Shown here: positions 8,219 to 17,222 of the stretch, one piece after another
Layout of the letters: each line of letters begins with the position of its first letter
How positions within the stretch are numbered: position 1 is the stretch's first letter
DNA from: Polyangiaceae bacterium
Lineage (GTDB): Bacteria > Myxococcota_A > Polyangia > Polyangiales > Polyangiaceae
Direction of reading: 5' to 3'
DNA: 64,000 bases
Assembly: GCA_965222375.1 (NCBI GenBank)
Contig: CBDCTZ010000013.1
Coordinates: forward strand, 64,001-128,000
Notes under the pieces: model-generated
Seen by the model: the letters and a program-made list of their open reading frames with translations, nothing else
The model's database searches: none
What the model was told of the DNA's origin: nothing
Position numbers and translations under genes: made by a program

Positions 8219-10591
8219 ATGGCTGACGCAATTTCCGAGTTCCTGCGCCGGAAAGGACTGGGACGCATAGAGGAGCAGATCGTCCTGGGCGGCAGCCTGC
8301 CGCTCCCGGAAGGCGGTAGCACCAGGCCCATCATCCTTCGCACGACCCGAGGGGTCTTCCTGGCCGGAGCCGAGAGCGCCACTCAGGGCACCGCGACGCC
8401 CCTGTCGGATCTAGCGCGCATCAACCGCGGGCGACTTCGAGACACTCTGAGCTGGGATGGACACGAATTCACCATTCCCATGGGCGCCGCCGCCAACGCA
8501 CGCAGCCTAATCGGTCTGTCCCGCTACTCCGCCTCTGCGGGCGCGCATCACATCGCGAGTTCGCGTTTCGTCGAGCCCATGGACGAGGTCACGCAAGCCT
8601 TCGTCAATCACGAGCTGAACGAGGACGACGCTCTGTTGGCATTCTTGGAGACCGATCTCACCCTCGACGTAACCTCCGAGGTGCTTGGCGGCTCCGAGGA
8701 CGCCATCGCTCACTTCATGCTGACCACGTCCCGCGCCGCGCTGGTATGCGTCTTGGACGTCGGCGACGCTCGCATCGACGCCCTGGACGTGGCGACTTTG
8801 CGCGTGGAAGACGATCGCTCCCGGGCGAGCATCACCACGGCCGCGTTCAAGTTCCGAAGCACCCGACTAAACGCCGAGCACTTTCCCGAACTGGCGGAAG
8901 CGGTGGGAAAGACCGGCTTCGAGCGGGAGCTCGAAATCGCACGCCTCTGCTTTTCCTCGCACAGCGACAAGAACAGTGACCGAGCCGCCCTGGAGCTCCT
9001 GGCACGCGGCAGCGCCAAGGGCGACGTGCGCGCCCGGGTGTTGGAAACCAGCCTAGCCATCGAGATGGGCACCCGAGTCCCCGCCCTGCCGGATCTGGCT
9101 CAGCCCGAGCTCAGCCCCGAGGCCTTCGCGGGTCTGTGGTCCGAGTGGAAGCTGTCACCGGAAACGGGTCGCACCCTGCTGCAGCGGGCGCGACAGGCGG
9201 GCGCAGAGGCCCATGCCCTCGCGTTGCATCGCGCAGTCCACTCCCGGCTGCTGGAACTGCGCAAGGACGACTTTCATATCTCCGAGGCGGATGCCGCCTT
9301 CGCCGAACACCTGATTGAGTCCGGTGAAAAGAGCGAGGCGCGAGAGCTGTTGCAGAGCCGGTTGGACGAGATGCCCATGGACGTCGAGAGCGAGCTCTTG
9401 CCGCCCAGCCACGCCGACCTCACCGCGGGCGCCGCATCCCGCCACCGAGTTCGCCTGCTCGAGCTTCTCGCCCGCACCGCCGAGGGCGACGATTCCTCCG
9501 CGGTAACCGCATTGGCCGTACTCGAGCCTCTGGTGCCGGAACGGATCGATGCGTTGGTCGCTGCGGTGGATGGCGATCTCAACCTGCGCGCCAACCGAGT
9601 GCAGGGAGTGCTCGCCACGGACGGCCTGGCCCCGCGGCAACAGGAAATCACCGACGCCGTGGCTCAAGTGGAAGACGGCGAAATCGAAAAGACATTGCGC
9701 CACCCGGCCGCTCGCGCCGGCAGCGACATCCTGGGGCGCCTGCAGGCCATGCTCGCCGCGGTGCCCATTCCGGACCAGACCGTGCTTCGGGACTACGTCG
9801 AACCCCTGACCGAGCGCGCCCACCCCATCGCAGCCGTGGCCTTGCGCCGGGCAGCACGTCTGCTGGGTGTTCCCAACATCGAGGGCTACATTTCCCGAGG
9901 CCGCAAAGGCGTCGGGGTGCGCTCCTACGAGGGGCCCATTCCCTTCGTGCTGCTGGGCGGGCGTCATCTGGACGAGAAAGACCCCGCGCACATGACCGCT
10001 TCGGAGCTGTGCTTCGCCTTGGCCACAGAAGTCGCCCATGTGCGCTACGGACACAGCCGCGTGACCTCGAGTGAGGTCTGGGCCGGCGCACTCGGCAAGA
10101 GCAAAGAAGGACTCGACTTCGCTCTGGGCGTGCTGCCGCTGTTCAAGGGAGTGCGCTTGATTTCCCAAGTGGCCAAAGTGACCGACCAGGTTCCCATCGG
10201 CCCCATACGCCGCACCGTGCGTGGCGCCGTTGCGCTGCGCCATGGGCTCATCGAGCCGAAACCAAAACGACGAGGCAAGGAGCCCGCCGAGGGCCTGTCG
10301 ACGTTGAACGAGCAGCTGGTCGCAGCCCATCGTCTGATGCAACTGACCGCAGATCGCGCCGGGCTAGTCGCATGCGGCGATCCCGTGTCGGCATTACGCG
10401 CGATGCTCTTGATACGCGCCGATCTCCACGCGCTGCTCGAACAGATTCTGACCGAGGGCCTCGACCCTGTGCTGGCGATCCGAGACGAACACGGCGTCCT
10501 GGTGCATCAGGACCTCGCGATCCGCGCCTCTCAGCTCCTGTCGTTCTATCTATCCGACGACTTCCGTCGCCTGCAGCCGGAACACGCCTAG
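8219..10591 (+). CDS. Large hypothetical protein with a C-terminal degenerate M48-peptidase-like domain
   Basis: 790-aa ORF; ELCFALATEVAHVRYGH and TADRAGLVACGD resemble M48 motifs, but the first His of HExxH is missing. Confidence 0.7.
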   Translation: MADAISEFLRRKGLGRIEEQIVLGGSLPLPEGGSTRPIILRTTRGVFLAGAESATQGTATPLSDLARINRGRLRDTLSWDGHEFTIPMGAAANARSLIGLSRYSASAGAHHIASSRFVEPMDEVTQAFVNHELNEDDALLAFLETDLTLDVTSEVLGGSEDAIAHFMLTTSRAALVCVLDVGDARIDALDVATLRVEDDRSRASITTAAFKFRSTRLNAEHFPELAEAVGKTGFERELEIARLCFSSHSDKNSDRAALELLARGSAKGDVRARVLETSLAIEMGTRVPALPDLAQPELSPEAFAGLWSEWKLSPETGRTLLQRARQAGAEAHALALHRAVHSRLLELRKDDFHISEADAAFAEHLIESGEKSEARELLQSRLDEMPMDVESELLPPSHADLTAGAASRHRVRLLELLARTAEGDDSSAVTALAVLEPLVPERIDALVAAVDGDLNLRANRVQGVLATDGLAPRQQEITDAVAQVEDGEIEKTLRHPAARAGSDILGRLQAMLAAVPIPDQTVLRDYVEPLTERAHPIAAVALRRAARLLGVPNIEGYISRGRKGVGVRSYEGPIPFVLLGGRHLDEKDPAHMTASELCFALATEVAHVRYGHSRVTSSEVWAGALGKSKEGLDFALGVLPLFKGVRLISQVAKVTDQVPIGPIRRTVRGAVALRHGLIEPKPKRRGKEPAEGLSTLNEQLVAAHRLMQLTADRAGLVACGDPVSALRAMLLIRADLHALLEQILTEGLDPVLAIRDEHGVLVHQDLAIRASQLLSFYLSDDFRRLQPEHA

Positions 10592-10699
10592 TCTTGGGAT
10601 TGGGTTTGGGTCGCGACTCTGTGGCGGCAGCGGGCCACTACTCTAGCGCGGGGCCACGTGGCAGCACCTGCGCCCGGTGCGAGCCTTTTGATGCCGAAC

Positions 10700-11464
10700 C
10701 TAGTCGCGCTTTCCCGCACTTCGCCCGGCGCCACCGGCGAACGCGGCGGCGCCCCGTGCGGCTTCCTGCAGCACCACCTTGCCGCGGGCGCCTTCGTCAC
10801 GAAGCCCCTCGTCCAACGACTGGCCAAGGCCCGCGTAGACGGAATCTCGATCCGCCAACACGCAACCAAAGGGGAACGCGGCGATCTCCTCGGCCAGGGC
10901 CACTGCCTGGGTTAGGGCTTCGCCATCGGCCACGACTCTGTTCACTAGCCCGATGCGTTCGGCTTCGTCGGCGTCGATCAATCGGCCAGTGAGGATCAAG
11001 TCGAGAGCGCGACCTAGACCTACGATGCGGGGCAGGCGCTGAGTGCCGCCGTCGATGAGGGGCACGCCGAAGCGGCGCTCGAGGCAGCCGAACTTTGCGG
11101 ATTGGGCGGCCACACGCAGATCGGCATGAGCCGCGATTTCTAGTCCGCCGGCCACGCAGTAGCCCTCAATCGCCGCAATGACCGGTTTGGGCGAGTGAGC
11201 GCGGGTGAAGCCCATGGGGCCGTCGGGGTGGTCGACGTCGTTGTCGAAAGCTTTCAAGTCGGCGCCCGCACAGAATGCACCGCCGGCGCCGGTCAACACC
11301 AGCACCTTCAGGGCGTCTTGCTTCACGAAGTCAAGAAACGCCTCTCGCAACTCCGCCGCGGTCTGGCGGTTGACGGCGTTGCGACGCTCGGGGCGGTTGA
11401 TGGTCACGACCAAAGTCGAGCCGCGGGTTTCGAGTTCGACGCTCATCGGAACCGACGGTTTCAC
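10700..11464 (-). CDS. Enoyl-CoA hydratase/isomerase (crotonase) family protein
   Basis: INRPERRNAV, FCAGADLK, KPVIAAIEGYCVAGGLE and GVPLIDGGTQRLPRIVG motifs. Confidence 0.93.
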   Translation of the reverse strand: MKPSVPMSVELETRGSTLVVTINRPERRNAVNRQTAAELREAFLDFVKQDALKVLVLTGAGGAFCAGADLKAFDNDVDHPDGPMGFTRAHSPKPVIAAIEGYCVAGGLEIAAHADLRVAAQSAKFGCLERRFGVPLIDGGTQRLPRIVGLGRALDLILTGRLIDADEAERIGLVNRVVADGEALTQAVALAEEIAAFPFGCVLADRDSVYAGLGQSLDEGLRDEGARGKVVLQEAARGAAAFAGGAGRSAGKRD

Positions 11465-11533
11465 GCCGTTGGTGCGATGTAAATGCGCGCTAAGGAGCGG
11501 TCTCCCCGCGCCTGCTCCATCCGCCAGCCGGGG

Positions 11534-12718
11534 TCAGATCAACTCCAAGTACAGCGCTTCGTACTTTGCGGCGATCACTTCGGCTCGGTGTCGCGCGTCG
11601 ATCTCCGCGCGCTGCGCGGCCACCAGCTCGCTGCGATGTGCCGTTGATTGCAGTCGCTGCACTGCGGCCACCAGCGGCCCTGCGCTGGGCGCGGAAATCT
11701 TCTCCACTGACGCGAGGTCCTTCAACGGCCCCTGATCCAACGCGATCACCGGAACGCCCAAGTCCATGGCCTCGAGCAGCACAATGGGAATGTCCACCTT
11801 GCCCCACAGATCGTCGACGGGAAAAAGCACGGCTTCACAGTCGGATACCAGAACCAGCACGTCGGGCAGCTCGCAGCTGAATCGCACTGGCAAGCCCTCG
11901 AGTTCTGCCGCCAGATCTCTGGCCACCCGGCGCGCTCGCGGCGTCTTGGCCCGATACGCAAATACGAACACCGCTTCAGGAATGAGCTTGGCCAGCTGTG
12001 CCACGGAAGCTGCGACTGTACGGGCGCCAACACTGACCTCCAAATCCCCTGGGTACACGAAAACCTTTGCGTCCGGCGATATCTCGAGCTGGCGTCGAAG
12101 CTCCGCGCGGGCCCGTTCGCTCCGCGGCTGCTGCCTTGGAACCGGTGGCGGGATCACTTCGATGCGAGGCGCAGGTCGCCCCGCGGCCTCAAAGGCCGAA
12201 AGCGCTGACCGCCGGGTCCACTGGCTCTGGGCGACGATCACGTCGCCGAACAAGAGGCGGTGAGCGGACTCGAAGCTTCGCGGTGGTGACGCGATCGTCT
12301 GCACGACTCTTACGCCTCGCAGTCGCGACAGGGCGCGGCCCATTGCGCTCGACTTGGGGTTCGGAGCGAAAACGAAGTGCCACACGTCCGCGCGGCTCTT
12401 GAGTGCGAGCCAGGTTGCCGCGCGGGCGTTGTCCCCAGCGCGGGGGCGAAAGTTGCCGGCGTTGGCGTATACGCTGGCAAGTTCCACCTCGGTGTTGCCA
12501 GGCAACGCTGGGGCGCCGGGCATCGCCATCACGACGGGGGCTACGCGCTGCACGTTACACGCGACATCCCGCACCAAGCACTTCGTGCCGTCGTGAAAAG
12601 GCGGCACGATGGGCTTGGAGACGAAGAGAACGCGAGGCTTGGCCAAGGCAGCCCCCGCATACCATCCGCCGCGCGACCGACAAACCTGACTAGCACGCAG
12701 GGCGCCCGCCGCGCGCAA
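11534..12718 (-). CDS. Glycosyltransferase family 4 (GT-B)
   Basis: N-term RVLFVSKP; C-term PIVLLEAMDLGVPVIA motif; start probably ~25 codons downstream of the ORF start. Confidence 0.8.
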   Translation of the reverse strand: MRAAGALRASQVCRSRGGWYAGAALAKPRVLFVSKPIVPPFHDGTKCLVRDVACNVQRVAPVVMAMPGAPALPGNTEVELASVYANAGNFRPRAGDNARAATWLALKSRADVWHFVFAPNPKSSAMGRALSRLRGVRVVQTIASPPRSFESAHRLLFGDVIVAQSQWTRRSALSAFEAAGRPAPRIEVIPPPVPRQQPRSERARAELRRQLEISPDAKVFVYPGDLEVSVGARTVAASVAQLAKLIPEAVFVFAYRAKTPRARRVARDLAAELEGLPVRFSCELPDVLVLVSDCEAVLFPVDDLWGKVDIPIVLLEAMDLGVPVIALDQGPLKDLASVEKISAPSAGPLVAAVQRLQSTAHRSELVAAQRAEIDARHRAEVIAAKYEALYLELI

Positions 12719-12769
12719 CGTGGGCAGCCGCTGAGCCGCGAAGGGGTGGCCGTCCCAGTCCTGCGAAGT

Positions 12770-13597
12770 TCAGCGGGCCGCGGCGGCGAGGGCTTCGGGT
12801 GCGCGACGCACGGCACTCTCCACGGCGGCAGAGAGCACGGCGCGCTTCAACTCCTTGCTGCGCCGGCGGTTTCGCGCCTCTTTGCGCGAAGCAGTGGTCG
12901 AAGCAGAACCACTCACCGTGCCCGCGATGGCCTGCTCGGGCATGCGGTGCACCATGTATTCGACCTTGGCGGAGTAAACCACGCTGTTGCCCTGGCTGGA
13001 GGTCTTGAGCCTGCGCACCTGCCCGGTGACCATGACCACGGGCAGCCGTTTCGTCTTGGCATCGCGCTCGGATCCCATTACGCGGATCCCAGGCAGCGCA
13101 CCGAATCGCTTGCGCGACGCCTTGGCGACTTCCCGCAGCATTCCGGACCGAACGCCCCGGGCGTCTCGCATACGACCGAACTTGACCAAGATGCGCGGCC
13201 GGTCACGGGTGGACGATGCTTTGCTTTTCAGGGCCTTGATGCTCGACTTGATCTGCGAACGCACCGCCGCCGACTTATCCTTGCGGTGACGCTTCAGTGC
13301 TTTGATCGCCTTGGGATCCCCCAACACTTTGAGTGCTGCGGCGGAGGCTGCGCGAACTGCTGCGTTGCCATCGTCCAGGGCTGCCTCCAGCGGGCGCCGG
13401 GCGCTTTTACTCTTGGTTTTGCCTAGCTCCAGAGCGGCCTGAACACGCACGCGAAAGTCCGCGCCGTTCTCGAGACGCTCGGCGAGTCGGTTGACATGCC
13501 GTGGCGCTGCGGACGCTGAGCTGATGATCAGCGCGACCGCGCAGCTCAGCAGTAGGAGCACGCGGTGCAAACGTCGAGTAGCGATGTGCGGCACCAC
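12770..13597 (-). CDS. Secreted HEAT-repeat protein
   Basis: Signal peptide; DFRVRVQAALELG...LEAALDD.NAAVRAASAAAL HEAT/PBS repeats. Confidence 0.75.
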   Translation of the reverse strand: MVPHIATRRLHRVLLLLSCAVALIISSASAAPRHVNRLAERLENGADFRVRVQAALELGKTKSKSARRPLEAALDDGNAAVRAASAAALKVLGDPKAIKALKRHRKDKSAAVRSQIKSSIKALKSKASSTRDRPRILVKFGRMRDARGVRSGMLREVAKASRKRFGALPGIRVMGSERDAKTKRLPVVMVTGQVRRLKTSSQGNSVVYSAKVEYMVHRMPEQAIAGTVSGSASTTASRKEARNRRRSKELKRAVLSAAVESAVRRAPEALAAAAR

Positions 13598-13697
13598 CTC
13601 AATGATAGCGAATCCTGGGGACAGCCGCGACGGGGGTGCGTTCCCTACAAAGCCTCACACTAGCGCCAGAAAAAAAATTGAATAGCTGGCAGCTGCT

Positions 13698-14240
13698 TCA
13701 CTTCAGCGAGGTGACACGCTCTTCCAACTCGGCCTCGTCTCCCGAACGGAATCCAGCGTGCACGTAACGCACGATGCCATTTCGGTCGATGACGAAGCTC
13801 GTGGGCATCGTAGAGGGCGAATACTGGCGAGAAACCGACTGCCCATCGTCCCATGCCAGGGGGAAGTTCACGCCCGTCTCTTGGCCGAACTTGGCGATGC
13901 CCGCCGGCTCTTCATCCACGCTGACCCCGATCACAGCCAGGTCCCCGCCATGGCGATCCAGCATGGATTGGTAGTGCGGGAAGCTCTCCTTGCAGGGCTC
14001 GCACCAGGTTGCCCAAAAGTCCACGATCACGACTTTGCCCGCCGCCGCGGCCAAACTGGCCGAGTCGCCGCCGTGCTGCGCCTTCAAATTGAAGTCCGGA
14101 GCCTTGGTTCCGACGAGGGCGTGCTCCCCGTCGCTAGTTCCGGCGCCGCCGGGTGAAAAACCTCCGCCGCTGCATCCCGGGCCCACCCCCGCCGCGAGCG
14201 ACAACGTTGCGGCGACCATGAGTCGACGCTTGATAAGCAT
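13698..14240 (-). CDS. TlpA-family thiol:disulfide oxidoreductase lipoprotein
   Basis: APDF, KVVIVDFWATWCEPC and MPTSFVIDRNG motifs; ATG at 14240 just after the upstream stop. Confidence 0.92.
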   Translation of the reverse strand: MLIKRRLMVAATLSLAAGVGPGCSGGGFSPGGAGTSDGEHALVGTKAPDFNLKAQHGGDSASLAAAAGKVVIVDFWATWCEPCKESFPHYQSMLDRHGGDLAVIGVSVDEEPAGIAKFGQETGVNFPLAWDDGQSVSRQYSPSTMPTSFVIDRNGIVRYVHAGFRSGDEAELEERVTSLK

Positions 14241-14242
14241 GA

Positions 14243-15738
14243 TCACCTCTTCTTCTTGTCCTTGGCCTCGTCGGGGCAACCGTCTTCATCCTCGAACCCA
14301 TTCTTGGTTTCGGGCTGGTCGATGCACTCGTCTTGATTGTCGGGCACACCGTCTTCGTCGTTGTCCGGATCCGGGCAACCATCCGTGTCTTTGAAGCCGT
14401 CCGTATCCTCGGGTCCGTCGGGGCACTTGTCCTTCGAGTCGGGCACGCCGTCCGAGTCCCTGTCAGGCTCATCGGGGCAGCCATCCTCATCCTTGAATCC
14501 GTTCTTGGTCTCGGCTTTGAGGGGGCAAGCGTCTCGGTCGTCGTTCACGCCGTCGCCGTCATTGTCCTTCTCCGGGCAGCCATCCGTGTCCTCGAATCCG
14601 TCCGGATCTTCGGGCTCGCCAGGACACTTGTCGACGTTGTCGTTGATCGTGTCGCCGTCATTGTCCAAGTCGGGGCAACCATCGTCGTCTTGAACGCCAT
14701 CCTTGTCTTCGGCTTCGGTCGGGCATTGGTCCTTGTCGTCGAACAGCCCATCGCCATCCCGGTCTTGACGTTCCTGCACGAACATCGCGCCCAGGAAGGC
14801 GCGCACCGCCGGGACACCGACGCCCTGGATCAGGCCCGTGCCGGCGCCTGCGTGGATCGTGATTGGAGAGTCCAGCGGGGACACCTGCACGCCGCCATCG
14901 ACCTCAAGGGAATTAGTGCCATTGGCTGCGCTGAATTTGGTCGCGCCGAAACCATCCACCACGATTCTCAGAACCGGGCTGGCGCGGAAACCCGCCGCAA
15001 CGCCATAGCGAAACTCGGGCCCAGGGTCGTCGAACCCACGCGGCCCTCACCGCGGTACACGGCCGCCAGGTTGCCACCGAACGAAAACGGCCCTTGCTCA
15101 CCGTCAAAAATCCCGCGAAGCCCGACCGTGGGCGAGGCGTCACCGATGAACTTGTTCTTGGCGGTAGCTCTTCCCAAAGGACCGGTCAAAAATAGTGCGC
15201 CGCCCACCACGAAGGGATCCTTGACGTCGCCATGGAGGCGCATCTTGCCCTCGAGCTCTGCGTCACCCATGCCGAATCCGGAGAGGCCTCCTTCGGGCGA
15301 CGTGCCATCTTCCTCCAGGCCCTCGCCCTTGACGAAAGTGAGAGGAACACGCAGTCCGACCTGGACACGTGGAATTGGGGTGAGAGATCCCATCAGATCC
15401 GCCGTCACCAAGTTCTCGACGACCTTGACGTCCGACGGGCGGCTCGCGTTCGGGTCGTCGCAGTCCGTTTCGGACCGACAGCTGCGCACCACGAAGGGCT
15501 TCCACGCGTAGTTCGCGAACAGACCTGCACTCCAGGCCATGTTGCCGTCCGTGCGGACTCCGCGGGTGGTGAAGTAGTTGCGCGGACCCGGTGCCGGGTT
15601 GAAGCGCTGAACGGAGAACTCCTTGTCCGTTGCCTGCGCGCTAGAGTGGCCAGAGGCCGCCATCAAGAGTGCGAGGGCGCTCAGGGCAGGCAGGAGGCGA
15701 GACACGGAACTGGGCACGGGGAGCGTACGTCGGAGCAT
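14243..15738 (-). pseudogene. Outer-membrane beta-barrel plus thrombospondin type-3 repeat protein, split by a 1-bp frameshift near 15017-15022
   Basis: ORFs 14968-15765 and 14243-14962 join as ...STTLG/PEFRYGVAAGFRASPVLRIVVDGF... if one base is restored in GGGCCC; C-term has DxDxDG..D.CP..ED.DG repeats. Confidence 0.8.
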
Positions 15739-15940
15739 CGATTCACCCTCGGATCTCCGCGGCAAGTTTCGCCACTGAATACGAGTAAAGCCAAGGCTAG
15801 GCTAGGCGGCGACGGGCTTGCAACGGCCAACCTCCTCGCCCCGGGTTTTTGCCGGCAAAGCCCGGCCATCAGCAGCGCGTACCCCGGCGCCAGTTTGAGG
15901 GTTTTGGGGGGGATCCCTCGCTCCGCGCTATTGTTGGCCC

Positions 15941-17080
15941 GTGGCTGTCTGCGCTGGGTGTCGAAACGTCATCGAAGACCAGGCGCAATTCTGCCCGCTG
16001 TGCGGGCTGAAGCGAGTGGCGGAAGCTCGGATTGAACCCGGCGCGGAACTCGACCTGGACTGGGGCAAGGTGGTCTTGGGCGAGCGCATCGGCGAAGGCG
16101 GTATGGGCGTCGTCTACCGAGGCTGGCTCTACTACAACCCGGATGGAGAGCGCGCCGGCACCCCGGAGCATCCCGTCGCGGTGAAAGTGCTGCACCCGCT
16201 ACTCAAGAGCCGGGAGCGCGCCCGAAAACTCTTTCTTGGCGAGGCCGAAGCGCTCGGGCGCCTCAGTCATCCCAACATCGTGCACTTCTTCACGCTGTAC
16301 CAGAAGGCTGGCCACCTGGCCCTCGTGATCGAGTTGGTGGAGGGCCAAGCGTTGAACGATAGCGTCGAACGCCACGCTGCACGCGCACGACCGGGCGGGT
16401 TGCCCTGCATGCCCTTCATGCGCGCTTGGCACTACTTCTCGCAGTTGTTGGGCGCCCTCGCCGCAATCCACTCTCTCGGCATCATTCACAGGGACGTGAA
16501 ACCGAACAACGTGCTCGTTCGAAAAGATGGTGTGGTCAAGCTCACCGACTTTGGAATTGCGCGCTTGCCGGCCGACGCAGCCCGCAACACGGGCGGGATG
16601 GCTCCTGGGACGGGCGCGTACATGGCTCCGGAACAGGTGCTTGGGCGTGACCTGGACGCGCGCGCGGACTTGTATGGTGCTGGCATCGTGCTCTTCGAGA
16701 TGCTCACTGGGGTCACGCCCTTCGACTCACCGAGCCGCAACGAGATCATGGTGCGTACCGCCCAGGTCGAGGAGACTCCCCCTCCTCTGACCAGCCTCGT
16801 GCCCCAAGCGCCGGCAGTATTGGATCTGCTATTCGCCCGTGCCCTCGCCAAAGACCCGATGCACCGCTACGGCTCGGCGATTGAGTTGGGTGAGGCGTTC
16901 CGCTCCGCGCTGAACCTGCCGGAGTCGAGCGGCTGGCTCGCCCAGCAGAAGCTCGCCGAAAACGCCCAGGCTATCTCTCAGCTCGGGGTGGCGGCGCCGG
17001 CGGAGAGCGGGACTCGGCCCCTGCCGGAGGCGACCGCGAAGCGACTTCGAACCGACGTGATGAAGGCCTACGTGTCCTGA
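15941..17080 (+). CDS. Ser/Thr protein kinase with N-terminal zinc ribbon
   Basis: CAGC...FCPLCG; IGEGGMGVVY, VAVK, HRDVKPNN, DFG and YMAPEQ motifs; no transmembrane segment seen. Confidence 0.93.
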   Translation: MAVCAGCRNVIEDQAQFCPLCGLKRVAEARIEPGAELDLDWGKVVLGERIGEGGMGVVYRGWLYYNPDGERAGTPEHPVAVKVLHPLLKSRERARKLFLGEAEALGRLSHPNIVHFFTLYQKAGHLALVIELVEGQALNDSVERHAARARPGGLPCMPFMRAWHYFSQLLGALAAIHSLGIIHRDVKPNNVLVRKDGVVKLTDFGIARLPADAARNTGGMAPGTGAYMAPEQVLGRDLDARADLYGAGIVLFEMLTGVTPFDSPSRNEIMVRTAQVEETPPPLTSLVPQAPAVLDLLFARALAKDPMHRYGSAIELGEAFRSALNLPESSGWLAQQKLAENAQAISQLGVAAPAESGTRPLPEATAKRLRTDVMKAYVS

Positions 17081-17165
17081 GGCCCCTAGCCGGCCCGAGA
17101 TCTGGCCTGGGAAATCACGCATTTTTCCCGGGAGGGGGCCAGACGCCCGGGCGGGGGACAAAACC

Positions 17166-17199
17166 CCTTTGACAGTATTTGCGCCCCCGTGCGAGACAA
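17166..17199 (+). promoter_or_regulatory. Conserved upstream element with TTGACA, copy 1
   Basis: CCTTTGACAGTATTTGCGCCCCCGTGCGAGACAA; 31/34 identical to 19649-19682. Confidence 0.6.
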
Positions 17200-17222
17200 G
17201 CCAGCGAAAGCCCGGGACCGCG

